DNA from: Nemertoderma westbladi
Taxonomy: Eukaryota > Animalia > Xenacoelomorpha
Reading direction: 5' to 3'
Length of the DNA stretch: 64,000 bases
Assembly: GCA_032718475.1 (NCBI GenBank)
Contig: JAUCBJ010009150.1
Location: 62,001 to 126,000 of the forward strand
The notes beneath the pieces were generated by a model, which was not told where the DNA came from, searched no databases, and saw only the letters and a program-made list of their open reading frames with translations. The translations under genes and the position numbers were made by a program. Every line of letters begins with the position of its first letter. Positions within the stretch are counted from its first letter, which is position 1. Below, piece by piece: positions 1-11,300 of this stretch.

Positions 1-345
1 CCTATGCTATATGCAATATATCATATGATATGCTATGTTATGCTATATGCTATGGTACATCCTATGCTATATGCTATGCTATGCTATGCTATGCTATATG
101 CTATGCTATATGATATGATATATGCTATGCTATATGTTATATACTATATGTTATATGTTATGCTATATGCCACGTTATGCATGCTATGCTATGCTATGCT
201 ATGTTATGCTATGCTATCATATGTTATGTTGTTCTATGCTATGCTATGCTATGCTATGCTATGTTAAGCTATGATATGCTATGCTATGCTATGCTATGCT
301 ATGCTATGTTAAGCAATGATATGCTATGTTATGCTATGCTATGTT
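1..345. repeat. (TATGC)n microsatellite, tail of the preceding unit
   Basis: Direct tatgc pentamer repeats ending in the conserved junction gctatgtttgtcaaaatgac. Confidence 0.95.
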
Positions 346-1450
346 TGTCAAAATGACATTTTGACATGTCATTTTGCCAAAATGTCACTTTCGAATTGAC
401 ATTTTGACATGTCATTTTGCCAAAATGTCAATGTGTCAATATGTCACTTTCAAATTTACAGTTTGACATGTCATTTTGTAAAATGTCACTTTCAAATTGA
501 CATTTTGACATGTCATTTTGCCAAAATGTCATTTTCAAGTTGACATTTTGACATGTCATTATGCCAAATGTCATTTTCAAGTTGACATTTTGACATGTAA
601 TTTTGCCAAAATGTCACTTTCGAATTGACATTTTGACATGTCATTTTGCCAAAATGTCAATGTGTCAATATGTCACTTTCAAATTGACAGTTTGACATGT
701 CATTTTCTCATAATGTCACTTTCAAATTGACATTTTGACATGTCAATTTGCCAAAATGTCACTTTCGAATTGACATTTTGACATGTTATTTTGTCAAAAT
801 GTCACATTCGAATTGACATTTTGACATGTCATTTTGCCAAAATGTCAATGAGTCAATATGTCACTTTCAAATTGACAGTTTGACATGTCATTTTGTCAAA
901 ATGTCACTTTCAAATTGACATTTTGACATGTCAATTTGCCAAAATGTCATTTTCAAGTTGACATTTTGACATGTCATTTGCCAAAATGTCAATGTGTCAA
1001 TATTTCACATTCAAATTGACAGTTTGACATGTCATTTTGTAAAATGTCACTTTCAAATTGACATTTTGACATGTCATTTTGCCAAAATGTCATTTTCAAG
1101 TTGACATTTTGACATGTCATTTGCCAAAATGTCAATATGTCAATATGCCACTTTCAAATTGACAGTTTGACATGTCATTTTGTCAAAATGTCACTTTCAA
1201 ATTGACAGTTTGACATGTCATTTTGTCAAAATGTCACTTTCAAATTGACATTTTGACATGTCATTTTGCCAAATGTCATTTTCAAGTTGACATTTTGACA
1301 TGTAATTTTGCCAAAATGTCACTTTCGAATTGACATTTTGACATGTCATTTTGCCAAAATGTCAATGTGTCAATATGTCACTTTCAAATTGACAGTTTGA
1401 CATGTCATTTTGTCAAAATGTCACTTTCAAATTGACATTTTGACATGTCA
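345..1450. repeat. ~43-bp self-complementary TGACA minisatellite (also ~6619-7480, 12048-12909, 17681-18543, 22096-23431, 27039-28456, 37810-38645, 42239-43657, 47856-49266, 53145-54442, 58908-59192)
   Basis: Monomer approximately ctttcaaattgacattttgacatgtcattttgccaaaatgtca. It contains the palindrome TGACATGTCA and the inverted pair TGACATTTTG/CAAAATGTCA. Confidence 0.95.
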
Positions 1451-2202
1451 TATTTTATGAGATTTAAGGTATTTTTTCTTGAAAAAGCGAACATAACTTT
1501 TCTGAGTCCGTTTCTGTGACATTTAAAGAAAAGTTAACTTGTGATACTTCTTTTAGTGTTAAATTAACCGCAGATTCCAAATACAGTAACCGTTTTTACA
1601 TATGATTTGTAGTTCTCGCGATATTTGGGTTCAAACACAACGTTTTTTGATATTTTACGAAATTTAAGGTATTTTTTCTTGAAAAAGCAAACATAACTAT
1701 ATTCCAAGTCCGTTTCTGTAACATTTAGATAAAAGTTAACTTGTGATACTTCTTTTAGTGTTAAATTAACCGCCGATTCCAAATACAGTAACCGTTTTTA
1801 CATATGATTTGTAGTTCTCGCGATATTTGGGTTCAAACACAACATTTTTTGATATTTTACGAAATTTAAGGTATTTTTTCTTGAAAAAGCAGACATAACT
1901 ATTCCCAGTCCGTTTCTGTAACATTTAGAGAAAAGTTAACTTGTGATACTTCTTTTAGTGTTAAATTAAAAGCAGATTCCAAATACAGTAACCGTTTTTA
2001 CTTATGATTTGTAGTTCTCGTGATATTTGGGTTCAAACACAACGTTTTTTGATATTTTACGAAATTTAAGGTATTTTTTCTTGAAAAAGCAGACATAACT
2101 ATTCCCAGTCCGTTTCTGTAACATTTAGAGAAAAGTTCACTTGCGATACTTCTTTTAGTGTTAAATTAAAAGCAGATTCCAAATACAGTAACCGTTTTTA
2201 CT
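1451..2202. repeat. 200-bp satellite, 3.7 copies here (0.7 at 7481-7630, 12910-13059 and 18544-18693; 2.7 at 23432-23981; 4.7 at 28457-29406; 2.7 at 38646-39195; 4.7 at 43658-44607; 3.7 at 49267-50016; 1.7 at 54443-54792; 5.7 at 59193-60341)
   Basis: aaggtattttttcttgaaaa recurs at 200-bp intervals, e.g. tttcttgaaa at 28681, 28881, 29081 and 29281. Confidence 0.95.
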
Positions 2203-2748
2203 TAAATTGTAGATTTTGCAACAAAAATTAAAAAAAAATACGATTTGAGGGAATCACAACAAAACTTTTTAAGTTTAAAACAACCGGTTATGTTAAACAT
2301 AACGGTAACGTATAACGGCATAACGTTACTAAAAATAACTTCATTTTAATAACAAAATAAACGGATAAACAGATGAGTAACCAGAACCCGGTAGCACAAA
2401 CATACAGATTAGTAACAGCAGTATCAACACCAGATTAGCACAAGACTTAATAAGTAAAATGAAAGCCGACTTCCACCACTGGGTACGAACCTATTGCTTA
2501 ACGAAATGTCCCTATTTATAATCGAATATGGTGCGAGCCACAAAGTCTGTGAGCCATAGCATATAGTTGAATGTAGAGCATGCATGGGCCATTGTTAGTC
2601 CGTTGAATTGAGATTTAGAGGGAAAATCATATCATTAGCCAAAATGGAGCCTTCGCAAAACGTTTATCTAATGAACAATGTCTATTATTTGGCCTAGCTA
2701 GTACAACTGTATGCCACCGTTCACGGACCCCGCCAACCCACCGAGTCC

Positions 2749-2901
2749 CTACAGATCTCCCTTGGGTTCCTCTTGGCCCTCGAAGTATCGTATCTTATCC
2801 TTGGGATTGGGGATTATGGTAGCGCTGCCCGGCTTCCAGTCGATCGGACAGACGTCCCCGTGCTGGTCCGTGTACTGGAAGGCCTGCACGAGACGCAGGG
2901 T
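2749..2901 (-). pseudogene. Peroxiredoxin (typical 2-Cys, Prx4-like) C-terminal exon fragment, copy 1
   Basis: [40 protein letters not shown] matches the Prx1/AhpC C-terminus (resolving-Cys VCP motif, YF motif). Homology starts exactly after ...cccttacAG (2904-2902, phase 0). No N-terminal Prx exons (peroxidatic FYPxDFTFVCPTE, GGLG) were seen in the unit. Confidence 0.9.
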
Positions 2902-2930
2902 CTGTAAGGGTCCGTAAGTCGTTCTCAACA

Positions 2931-3213
2931 TTATTGTGGGAATCTGGGAAGCCCAAGTTCGCACGGCGTGGGTTCGTGGATGCCATAGCACGCGTCCCGA
3001 CCTGGAGAAAACAATTAAGTGAAAATACAAATGAACAGTGACAAGTTATTTAAAAATCTCATATAATTAAATATCAATTAAACATCAATAAACACAAACA
3101 CATATTTAATAATAAACAAACACACCAACACTTATATAATGTTGGAATGAATAATTACCCGTTGTAACAATAATTGCAAGCCAGACGTCCCAACACTTTA
3201 ATAAATAATTCAT
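2931..3213 (-). CDS. Putative spliced 41-aa peptide join(3213..3159,3001..2931): [41 protein letters not shown]; same offsets in the other cores
   Basis: First ATG downstream of the TATA-like box; donor CGG|GTAATT at 3158; AT-rich 157-nt intron; acceptor tattttcacttaattgttttctccAG|G at 3002; sharp GC rise at 3001. No homology recognised; the model is inferred. Confidence 0.35.
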
Positions 3214-3347
3214 TGCGAACGACTTGCTGGTAATGTTGTGAATAAACAGTAAATCTAAACTCTAAATAATCAATTGTAATTAAACTTTAAACCAGAGCGA
3301 TTTTAAATAAGAAACTTTGTTAAACGTAACTTATAATATATTCAGCT

Positions 3348-3480
3348 ACTGAGGAAGCAGCGCTTATTATATATTGGTGTTGGTGTCTGTAATACAAAGC
3401 GAACAAATGTCTGGCCATTGACCTTGTGTCTTTGTGTGAAGCCGCGCTATCCAATAATAAGACGGTATAACAATTATTGG
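3348..3480 (-). promoter_or_regulatory. Putative Pol II promoter of the core (repeated in every unit)
   Basis: CCAAT boxes at 3476-3480(-), 3451-3455(+) and 3373-3377(-); TATATAA at 3373-3367(-); Inr-like TCAGT at 3352-3348(-). The 23-nt TATA-Inr spacing is shorter than canonical. Confidence 0.3.
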
Positions 3481-3937
3481 TTGTTCAAGCAAAGGCAATG
3501 TATACGTTAATGTATAATAATATGTTGCTTGGCGTGGGTGGCTGAGGCCTTGGCCTTGGTTGGTTAGTTTCCAGGGTGATATGTTCTAGAATATTAAATT
3601 ATTTACCTTGAGTGAACCAAACCAACCACCCACACAATGCTGAAGCACATTGTATCCCAGCCGTCCAGCCCAGCCCGTCTGGCGCCTCCTACAACACAAT
3701 GCAAGCAGCTCAGCTCAATATTGCTTGAAAATTCTCTTGTAAATATTTCCCCCATCAATAAATAATTACACTTGAAATGCACTATAGAGGGGTGGGGAGG
3801 TGTTAGCGGTGTCGCCAGGCGATTCTAACTGTTTTTGGGGATCATTTCCTTAAAATATATTTTTTATGCTCTATCTCGTGGTGTCGGTTAGAACGCGCGA
3901 AAATGAAAATCGATGGTCATTTTTGAAAAAAATCGGA

Positions 3938-4110
3938 AGTTATTTCGATAAATTATGGCTAATTAACGGAAGGGCTTTTGTGTTGGCAATTTATTATTTA
4001 ATACAGTTGAATATTTGGCTGAATTGAAGTTCATTAACCCGGGTAATTAAATTGAAATAACAAGTTATTTTGCAAAATTATGGCTAATTTTGGGAAGGGC
4101 TTTTGGAATG
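3938..4110. repeat. 125-bp repeat, ~1.4 copies (2.4 copies at ~20435-20735 and ~46348-46645)
   Basis: gttattt...ggctaatt...aacccgggtaattaaattgaaataacaa recurs at 20435, 20560 and 20685. Confidence 0.85.
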
Positions 4111-4152
4111 GAAATCAAATTTAAATGAAAGGTGTTCTTAGGAGAATTTGAA

Positions 4153-4597
4153 TTAATAACGAGTGCCCTACATAACGGCGCAGTGCACTTAATAACGAGT
4201 GCACTACATAACGGCGCAGTGCACTTAATAACTAGTGCCCTACATAACAGCGCATTGCACTTAATAACGAGTGCACTACAAAACAGCGCAGTGCACTTAA
4301 TAACGAGTGCACTACATAACGGCGCAGTGCATTTAATAACTAGTGCCCTACATAACAGCGCATTGCACTTAATAACGAGTGCACTACATAACGGCGCAGT
4401 GCACTTAATAACGAGTGCACTACATAACGGCGCAGTGCACTTAATAACTAGTGCCCTACATAACAGCGCAGTGCACTTAATAACGAGTGCCCTACATAAC
4501 GGCGCAGTGCACTTTATAACGGTGCAGTGCACTTGATAAAGATGTAGTGCACTTCATAAAGGTGTTAGTAGTGCACTTCATAACGATGCAGTGCACT
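4153..4597. repeat. 36-bp GTGCAC minisatellite plus degenerate ~20-bp tail; 10 copies in units 1-3 (also 9581-10025, 15010-15454), 2 copies in units 4-9, 7 copies in units 10-11 (56748-57084, 62298-62634)
   Basis: Monomer ttaataacgagtgcactacataacggcgcagtgcac, contiguous with no spacers. Copy number was counted from the LITSALHNGAVH translations. Confidence 0.95.
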
Positions 4598-4599
4598 TA

Positions 4600-6618
4600 A
4601 TGTTATATGCTATATTTCATGTTATATGCTATAGTACATGCTCTGCGATATGCTATATGGTATGGTATATGCTATGTTATGCTATATGCTATATTCTATA
4701 AGCTATATGTCATATGTTATATGTTATGCTATATGCAATGTCATGCTATATGTTATGGTATATACAATGTTATATGCTATATGTTGTTATATGCTATAGT
4801 ACATGCTAAGCTTAATGCTATGCTATATGCAATTCTATATGCTATGCTATATGTTATATGCTATAGTACATGCTAAGCTAAATGCTATGCTATATGCAAT
4901 TCTATATGCTATGCTATATGTTATATGCTATATGTTATGCTATATGCCACGTTATGCTATATGTCATATGCTATATGTTATATAGCCTATGCTATATGCT
5001 ATATGTAATTCTATATGCTATGCTATATGTTATATGCTATAGTACATGCTAAGCTAAATGCTATGCTATATGCAATTCTATATGCTATGCTATATGTTAT
5101 ATGCTATATGTTATGCTATATGCCACGTTATGCTATATGCTATGCTATATGCTATAGGCTATGCTATCATATGTTATGGTATATACAATGTTATATGCTA
5201 TATGTTGTTATATGCTATAGTACATGCTAAGCTTAATGCTATGCTATATGCAATTCTATATGCTATGCTATATGTTATATGCTATAGTACATGCTAAGCT
5301 AAATGCTATGCTATATGCAATTCTATATGCTATGCTATATGTTATATGCTATATGTTATGCTATATGCCACGTTATGCTATATGTCATATGCTATATGTT
5401 ATATAGCCTATGCTATATGCTATATGTAATTCTATATGCTATGCTATATGTTATATGCTATAGTACATGCTAAGCTATATGCTATGCTATATGCAATGCT
5501 ATATGCTATGCTATATGTTATATGATATATGTTATGCTATATGCCACGTTATGATATATGCTATGCTATGCTATATGTCATATGCTATATGTTAAATGTT
5601 ATGCTATATGCCATGTTATGTTATATGCTATAGTACATGCTAAGCTATATGCTCTATGCTATGCTATATGCTATATATCATATGCTATATGCTATGGCAC
5701 ATCCTATGCTATATGCTATATATCATATGCTATGCTATGCTATGCTATGCTATACTATGCTATGCTATGGTGTGCTATGCTATGCTATGCTATTCTATGA
5801 TATGCTATGCTATGCTATGCTATACTATGCTATATGCTATGGTACATCCTATGCTATATGCTATATGCAATATATCATATGCTATGCTATGCTATGCTAT
5901 GCTATGCTATGCTATGCTATGCTATGCTATACTATACTATGTTATGCTATGCTATGCTATGCTATGCTATGCTATGCTATGTTAAGCTATGATATGCTAT
6001 GTTATGCTATGCTATGCTGTTCTATGATATGCTATGCTATGCTATGCTATATGCTATGGTACATCCTATGCTATATGCTATATGCAATATATCATATGCT
6101 ATGCTATGCTATGCTATGCTATGCTATGCTATGCTATGCTATGCTATACTATGCTATGCTATGCTATGCTATGCTATTCTATGATATGCTATGCTATGCT
6201 ATATGCTATGGTACATCCTATGCTATATGCTATATGCAATATATCATATGCTATGCTATGCTATGCTATGCTATGCTATACTATGCTATACTATGTTATG
6301 CTATGCTATGCTATGCTATGCTATGCTATGTTAAGCTATGCTATGCTATGCTGTTCTATGATATGCTATGATATGCTATGCTATGCTATGCTATATGCTA
6401 TGGTTCATCCTATGCTATATGCTATATGCAATATATCATATGCTATGCTATGCTATGCTATGCTATGCTATGCTATGCTATGCTATGATATGCTATACTA
6501 TGCTATGCTATGCTATGCTATGCTATGCTATGCTATGCTATGCTATTGTATGCTATGATATGCTATGCTATGCTATGCTATGTTAAGCTATGATATGCTA
6601 TGTTATGCTATGCTATGT
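4600..6618. repeat. Complex (TATGC/TATATGC)n microsatellite (also ~10028-12047, 15457-17680, 20933-22095, 26095-27038, 31521-32278 plus 37617-37809, 41309-42238, 46846-47855, 52127-53144, 57087-58907, 62637-64000)
   Basis: Mixed 5- and 7-mers with internal higher-order duplications, grading rightwards into purer (TATGC)n, e.g. pure tracts at ~21797-22058 and ~52884-53055. Confidence 0.95.
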
Positions 6619-8176
6619 TTGTCAAAATGACATTTTGACATGTCATTTTGCAAAAATGTCACTTTCAAATTGACAGTTTGACATGTCATTTTGTCAAAAT
6701 GTCACTTTCAAATTGACATTTTGACATGTCATTTTGCCAAATGTCATTTTCAAGTTGACATTTTGACATGTAATTTTGCCAAAATGTCACTTTCGAATTG
6801 ACATTTTCACATGTCATTTTGCCAAAATGTCAATGTGTCAATATGTCACTTTCAAATTGACAGTTTGACATGTCATTTTGTAAAATGTCACTTTCAAATT
6901 GACATTTTGACATGTCATTTCGCCAAAATGTCACTTTCAAATTGACATTTTGACATGTCAATTTGCCAAAATGTCATTTTCAAGTTGACATTTTGACATG
7001 TCATTTTGTCAAAATGTCATTTTCAAATTGACATTTTGACATGTCATTTTGTCAAAATGTCATTTTGTCAAAATGTCATTTTCAAATTGACATTTTGACA
7101 TGTCATTTTGCCAAAATGTCACTTTCGAATTGACATTTTCACATGTCATTTTGCCAAAATGTCAATGTGTCAATATGTCACTTTCAAATTGACAGTTTGA
7201 CATGTCATTTTGTAAAATGTCACTTTCAAATTGACATTTTGACATGTCATTTGGCCAAAATGTCACTTTCAAATTGACATTTTGACATGTCATTTTGCCA
7301 AAATGTCATTTTCAAGTTGACATTTTGACATGTCATTTTGCCAAAATGTCACTTTCGAATTGACATTTTCACATGTCATTTTGCCAAAATGTCAATGTGT
7401 CAATATGTCACTTTCAAATTGACAGTTTGACATGTCATTTTGTCAAAATGTCATTTTCAAATTGACATTTTGACATGTCATATTTTATGAGATTTAAGGT
7501 ATTTTTTCTTGAAAAAGCAGACATAACTATTCCCAGTCCGTTTCTGTAACATTTAGAGAAAAGTTCACTTGTGATACTTCTTTTAGTGTTAAATTAACAG
7601 CAGATTCCAAATACAGTAACCGTTTTTACTTAAATTGTAGATTTTGCAACAAAAATAAAAAAAAAATCTGATTTGAGAGAATCACAACAAAACTTTTTAA
7701 GTTTAAAACAACCGGTTATGTTAAACATAACGGTAACGTATAACGGCATAACGGTACCAAAAATAACTTCATTTTAATAACAAAATAAACGGATAAACAG
7801 ATGAGTAACCAGAACCCGGTAGCACAAACATACAGATCAGTAACAGCAGTATCAACACCAGATTAGCACAAGACTTAATAAGTAAAATGAAAGCCGACTT
7901 CCACCACTGGGTACGAACCTATTGCTTAACGAAATGTCCCTATTTATAATCGAATATGGTGCGAGCCACAAAGTCTGTGAGCCATAGCATATAGTTGAAT
8001 GTAGAGCATGCATGGGCCATTGTCAGTCCGTTGAATTGAGATTTAGAGGGAAAATCATATCATTAGCCAAAATGGAGCCTTCGCAAAACGTTTATCTAAT
8101 GAACAATGTCTATTATTTGGCCTAGCTAGTACAACTGTATGCCACCGTTCACGGACCCCGCCAACCCACCGAGTCC

Positions 8177-8329
8177 CTACAGATCTCCCTTGGGTTCCTC
8201 TTGGCCCTCGAAGTATCGTATCTTATCCTTGGGATTGGGGATTATGGTAGCGCTGCCCGGCTTCCAGTCGATCGGACAGACGTCCCCGTGCTGGTCCGTG
8301 TACTGGAAGGCCTGCACGAGACGCAGGGT
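8177..8329 (-). pseudogene. Peroxiredoxin C-terminal exon fragment, copy 2
   Basis: Translation identical to copy 1. Confidence 0.9.
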
Positions 8330-11300
8330 CTGTAAGGGTCCGTAAGTCGTTCTCAACATTATTGTGGGAATCTGGGAAGCCCAAGTTCGCACGGCGTGGG
8401 TTCGTGGATGCCATAGCACGCGTCCCGACCTGGAGAAAACAATTAAGTGAAAATACAAATGAACAGTGACAAGTTATTTAAAAATCTCATATAATTAAAT
8501 ATCAATTAAACATCAATAAACACAAACACATATTTAATAATAAACAAACACACCAACACTTATATAATGTTGGAATGAATAATTACCCGTTGTAACAATA
8601 ATTGCAAGCCAGACGTCCCAACACTTTAATAAATAATTCATTGCGAACGACTTGCTGGTAATGTTGTGAATAAACAGTAAATCTAAACTCTAAATAATCA
8701 ATTGTAATTAAACTTTAAACCAGAGCGATTTTAAATAAGAAACTTTGTTAAACGTAACTTATAATATATTCAGCTACTGAGGAAGCAGCGCTTATTATAT
8801 ATTGGTGTTGGTGTCTGTAATACAAAGCGAACAAATGTCTGGCCATTGACCTTGTGTCTTTGTGTGAAGCCGCGCTATCCAATAATAAGACGGTATAACA
8901 ATTATTGGTTGTTCAAGCAAAGGCAATGTATACGTTAATGTATAATAATATGTTGCTTGGCGTGGGTGGCTGAGGCCTTGGCCTTGGTTGGTTAGTTTCC
9001 AGGGTGATATGTTCTAGAATATTAAATTATTTACCTTGAGTGAACCAAACCAACCACCCACACAATGCTGAAGCACATTGTATCCCAGCCGTCCAGCCCA
9101 GCCCGTCTGGCGCCTCCTACAACACAATGCAAGCAGCTCAGCTCAATATTGCTTGAAAATTCTCTTGTAAATATTTCCCCCATCAATAAATAATTACACT
9201 TGAAATGCACTATAGAGGGGTGGGGAGGTGTTAGCGGTGTCGCCAGGCGATTCTAACTGTTTTTGGGGATCATTTCCTTAAAATATATTTTTTATGCTCT
9301 ATCTCGTGGTGTCGGTTAGAACGCGCGAAAATGAAAATCGATGGTCATTTTTGAAAAAAATCGGAAGTTATTTCGATAAATTATGGCTAATTAACGGAAG
9401 GGCTTTTGTGTTGGCAATTTATTATTTAATACAGTTGAATATTTGGCTGAATTGAAGTTCATTAACCCGGGTAATTAAATTGAAATAACAAGTTATTTTG
9501 CAAAATTATGGCTAATTTTGGGAAGGGCTTTTGGAATGGAAATCAAATTTAAATGAAAGGTGTTCTTAGGAGAATTTGAATTAATAACGAGTGCCCTACA
9601 TAACGGCGCAGTGCACTTAATAACGAGTGCACTACATAACGGCGCAGTGCACTTAATAACTAGTGCCCTACATAACAGCGCATTGCACTTAATAACGAGT
9701 GCACTACAAAACAGCGCAGTGCACTTAATAACGAGTGCACTACATAACGGCGCAGTGCATTTAATAACTAGTGCCCTACATAACAGCGCATTGCACTTAA
9801 TAACGAGTGCACTACATAACGGCGCAGTGCACTTAATAACGAGTGCACTACATAACGGCGCAGTGCACTTAATAACTAGTGCCCTACATAACAGCGCAGT
9901 GCACTTAATAACGAGTGCCCTACATAACGGCGCAGTGCACTTTATAACGGTGCAGTGCACTTGATAAAGATGTAGTGCACTTCATAAAGGTGTTAGTAGT
10001 GCACTTCATAACGATGCAGTGCACTTAATGTTATATGCTATATTTCATGTTATATGCTATAGTACATGCTCTGCGATATGCTATATGGTATGGTATATGC
10101 TATGTTATGCTATATGCTATATTCTATAAGCTATATGTCATATGTTATATGTTATGCTATATGCAATGTCATGCTATATGTTATGGTATATACAATGTTA
10201 TATGCTATATGTTGTTATATGCTATAGTACATGCTAAGCTTAATGCTATGCTATATGCAATTCTATATGCTATGCTATATGTTATATGCTATAGTACATG
10301 CTAAGCTAAATGCTATGCTATATGCAATTCTATATGCTATGCTATATGTTATATGCTATATGTTATGCTATATGCCACGTTATGCTATATGTCATATGCT
10401 ATATGTTATATAGCCTATGCTATATGCTATATGTAATTCTATATGCTATGCTATATGTTATATGCTATAGTACATGCTAAGCTAAATGCTATGCTATATG
10501 CAATTCTATATGCTATGCTATATGTTATATGCTATATGTTATGCTATATGCCACGTTATGCTATATGCTATGCTATATGCTATAGGCTATGCTATCATAT
10601 GTTATGGTATATACAATGTTATATGCTATATGTTGTTATATGCTATAGTACATGCTAAGCTTAATGCTATGCTATATGCAATTCTATATGCTATGCTATA
10701 TGTTATATGCTATAGTACATGCTAAGCTAAATGCTATGCTATATGCAATTCTATATGCTATGCTATATGTTATATGCTATATGTTATGCTATATGCCACG
10801 TTATGCTATATGTCATATGCTATATGTTATATAGCCTATGCTATATGCTATATGTAATTCTATATGCTATGCTATATGTTATATGCTATAGTACATGCTA
10901 AGCTATATGCTATGCTATATGCAATGCTATATGCTATGCTATATGTTATATGATATATGTTATGCTATATGCCACGTTATGATATATGCTATGCTATGCT
11001 ATATGTCATATGCTATATGTTAAATGTTATGCTATATGCCATGTTATGTTATATGCTATAGTACATGCTAAGCTATATGCTCTATGCTATGCTATATGCT
11101 ATATATCATATGCTATATGCTATGGCACATCCTATGCTATATGCTATATATCATATGCTATGCTATGCTATGCTATGCTATACTATGCTATGCTATGGTG
11201 ATGCTATGCTATGCTATGCTATTCTATGATATGCTATGCTATGCTATGCTATACTATGCTATATGCTATGGTACATCCTATGCTATATGCTATATGCAAT

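Noticed and set aside
1564-1782. 72-aa ORF in the 200-bp satellite
   Set aside because: Present in only one unit, created by local indels.
2692-2703. Helitron 3' end (CTAG)
   Set aside because: No GC-rich hairpin at the expected ~10-15 nt upstream on either strand.
2711-2986. 68-aa + strand ORF and 63-aa - strand ORF (MASTNPRR)
   Set aside because: Antisense and frame-shifted shadows of the GC-rich Prx exon with no recognisable homology. The 63-aa ATG has good context but lies downstream of the first ATG; not fully excluded.
2749-3030. 93-aa ORF as a complete peroxiredoxin gene
   Set aside because: The start is a TTG within a polypyrimidine tract; only the last 50 aa are Prx-like and the peroxidatic Cys domain is absent.
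3345-3410. Hammerhead ribozyme core (CTGAGGA)
   Set aside because: No stem II followed by GAAA and no compatible cleavage triplet found.
3780-3800. CACTA/Transib-like terminus (cactatag)
   Set aside because: No matching inverted terminus or TSD at the other scaffold end.
4030-4110. Spliced-leader RNA-like arrangement (G|GTAATT followed by Sm-like AATTTTGG; TTTAATTACCC on - resembles nematode SL1)
   Set aside because: The signals lie on opposite strands, there are no convincing stem-loops, and they are embedded in the AT-rich 125-bp repeat; an Infernal/Rfam scan would settle it.
4153-4512. CRISPR-like 36-bp repeats
   Set aside because: Contiguous with no unique spacers, no cas genes, eukaryotic context.
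4065-4536. LITSALHNGAVH and CTAPLCSALVIK repeat ORFs on both strands
   Set aside because: In-frame 36-bp minisatellite with non-ATG starts; it shrinks to 2 copies in six units.
4607-6586. Numerous YAMLC-rich ORFs (here and in all TATGC arrays)
   Set aside because: Translations of a stop-free pentamer repeat; frames and lengths differ between units.
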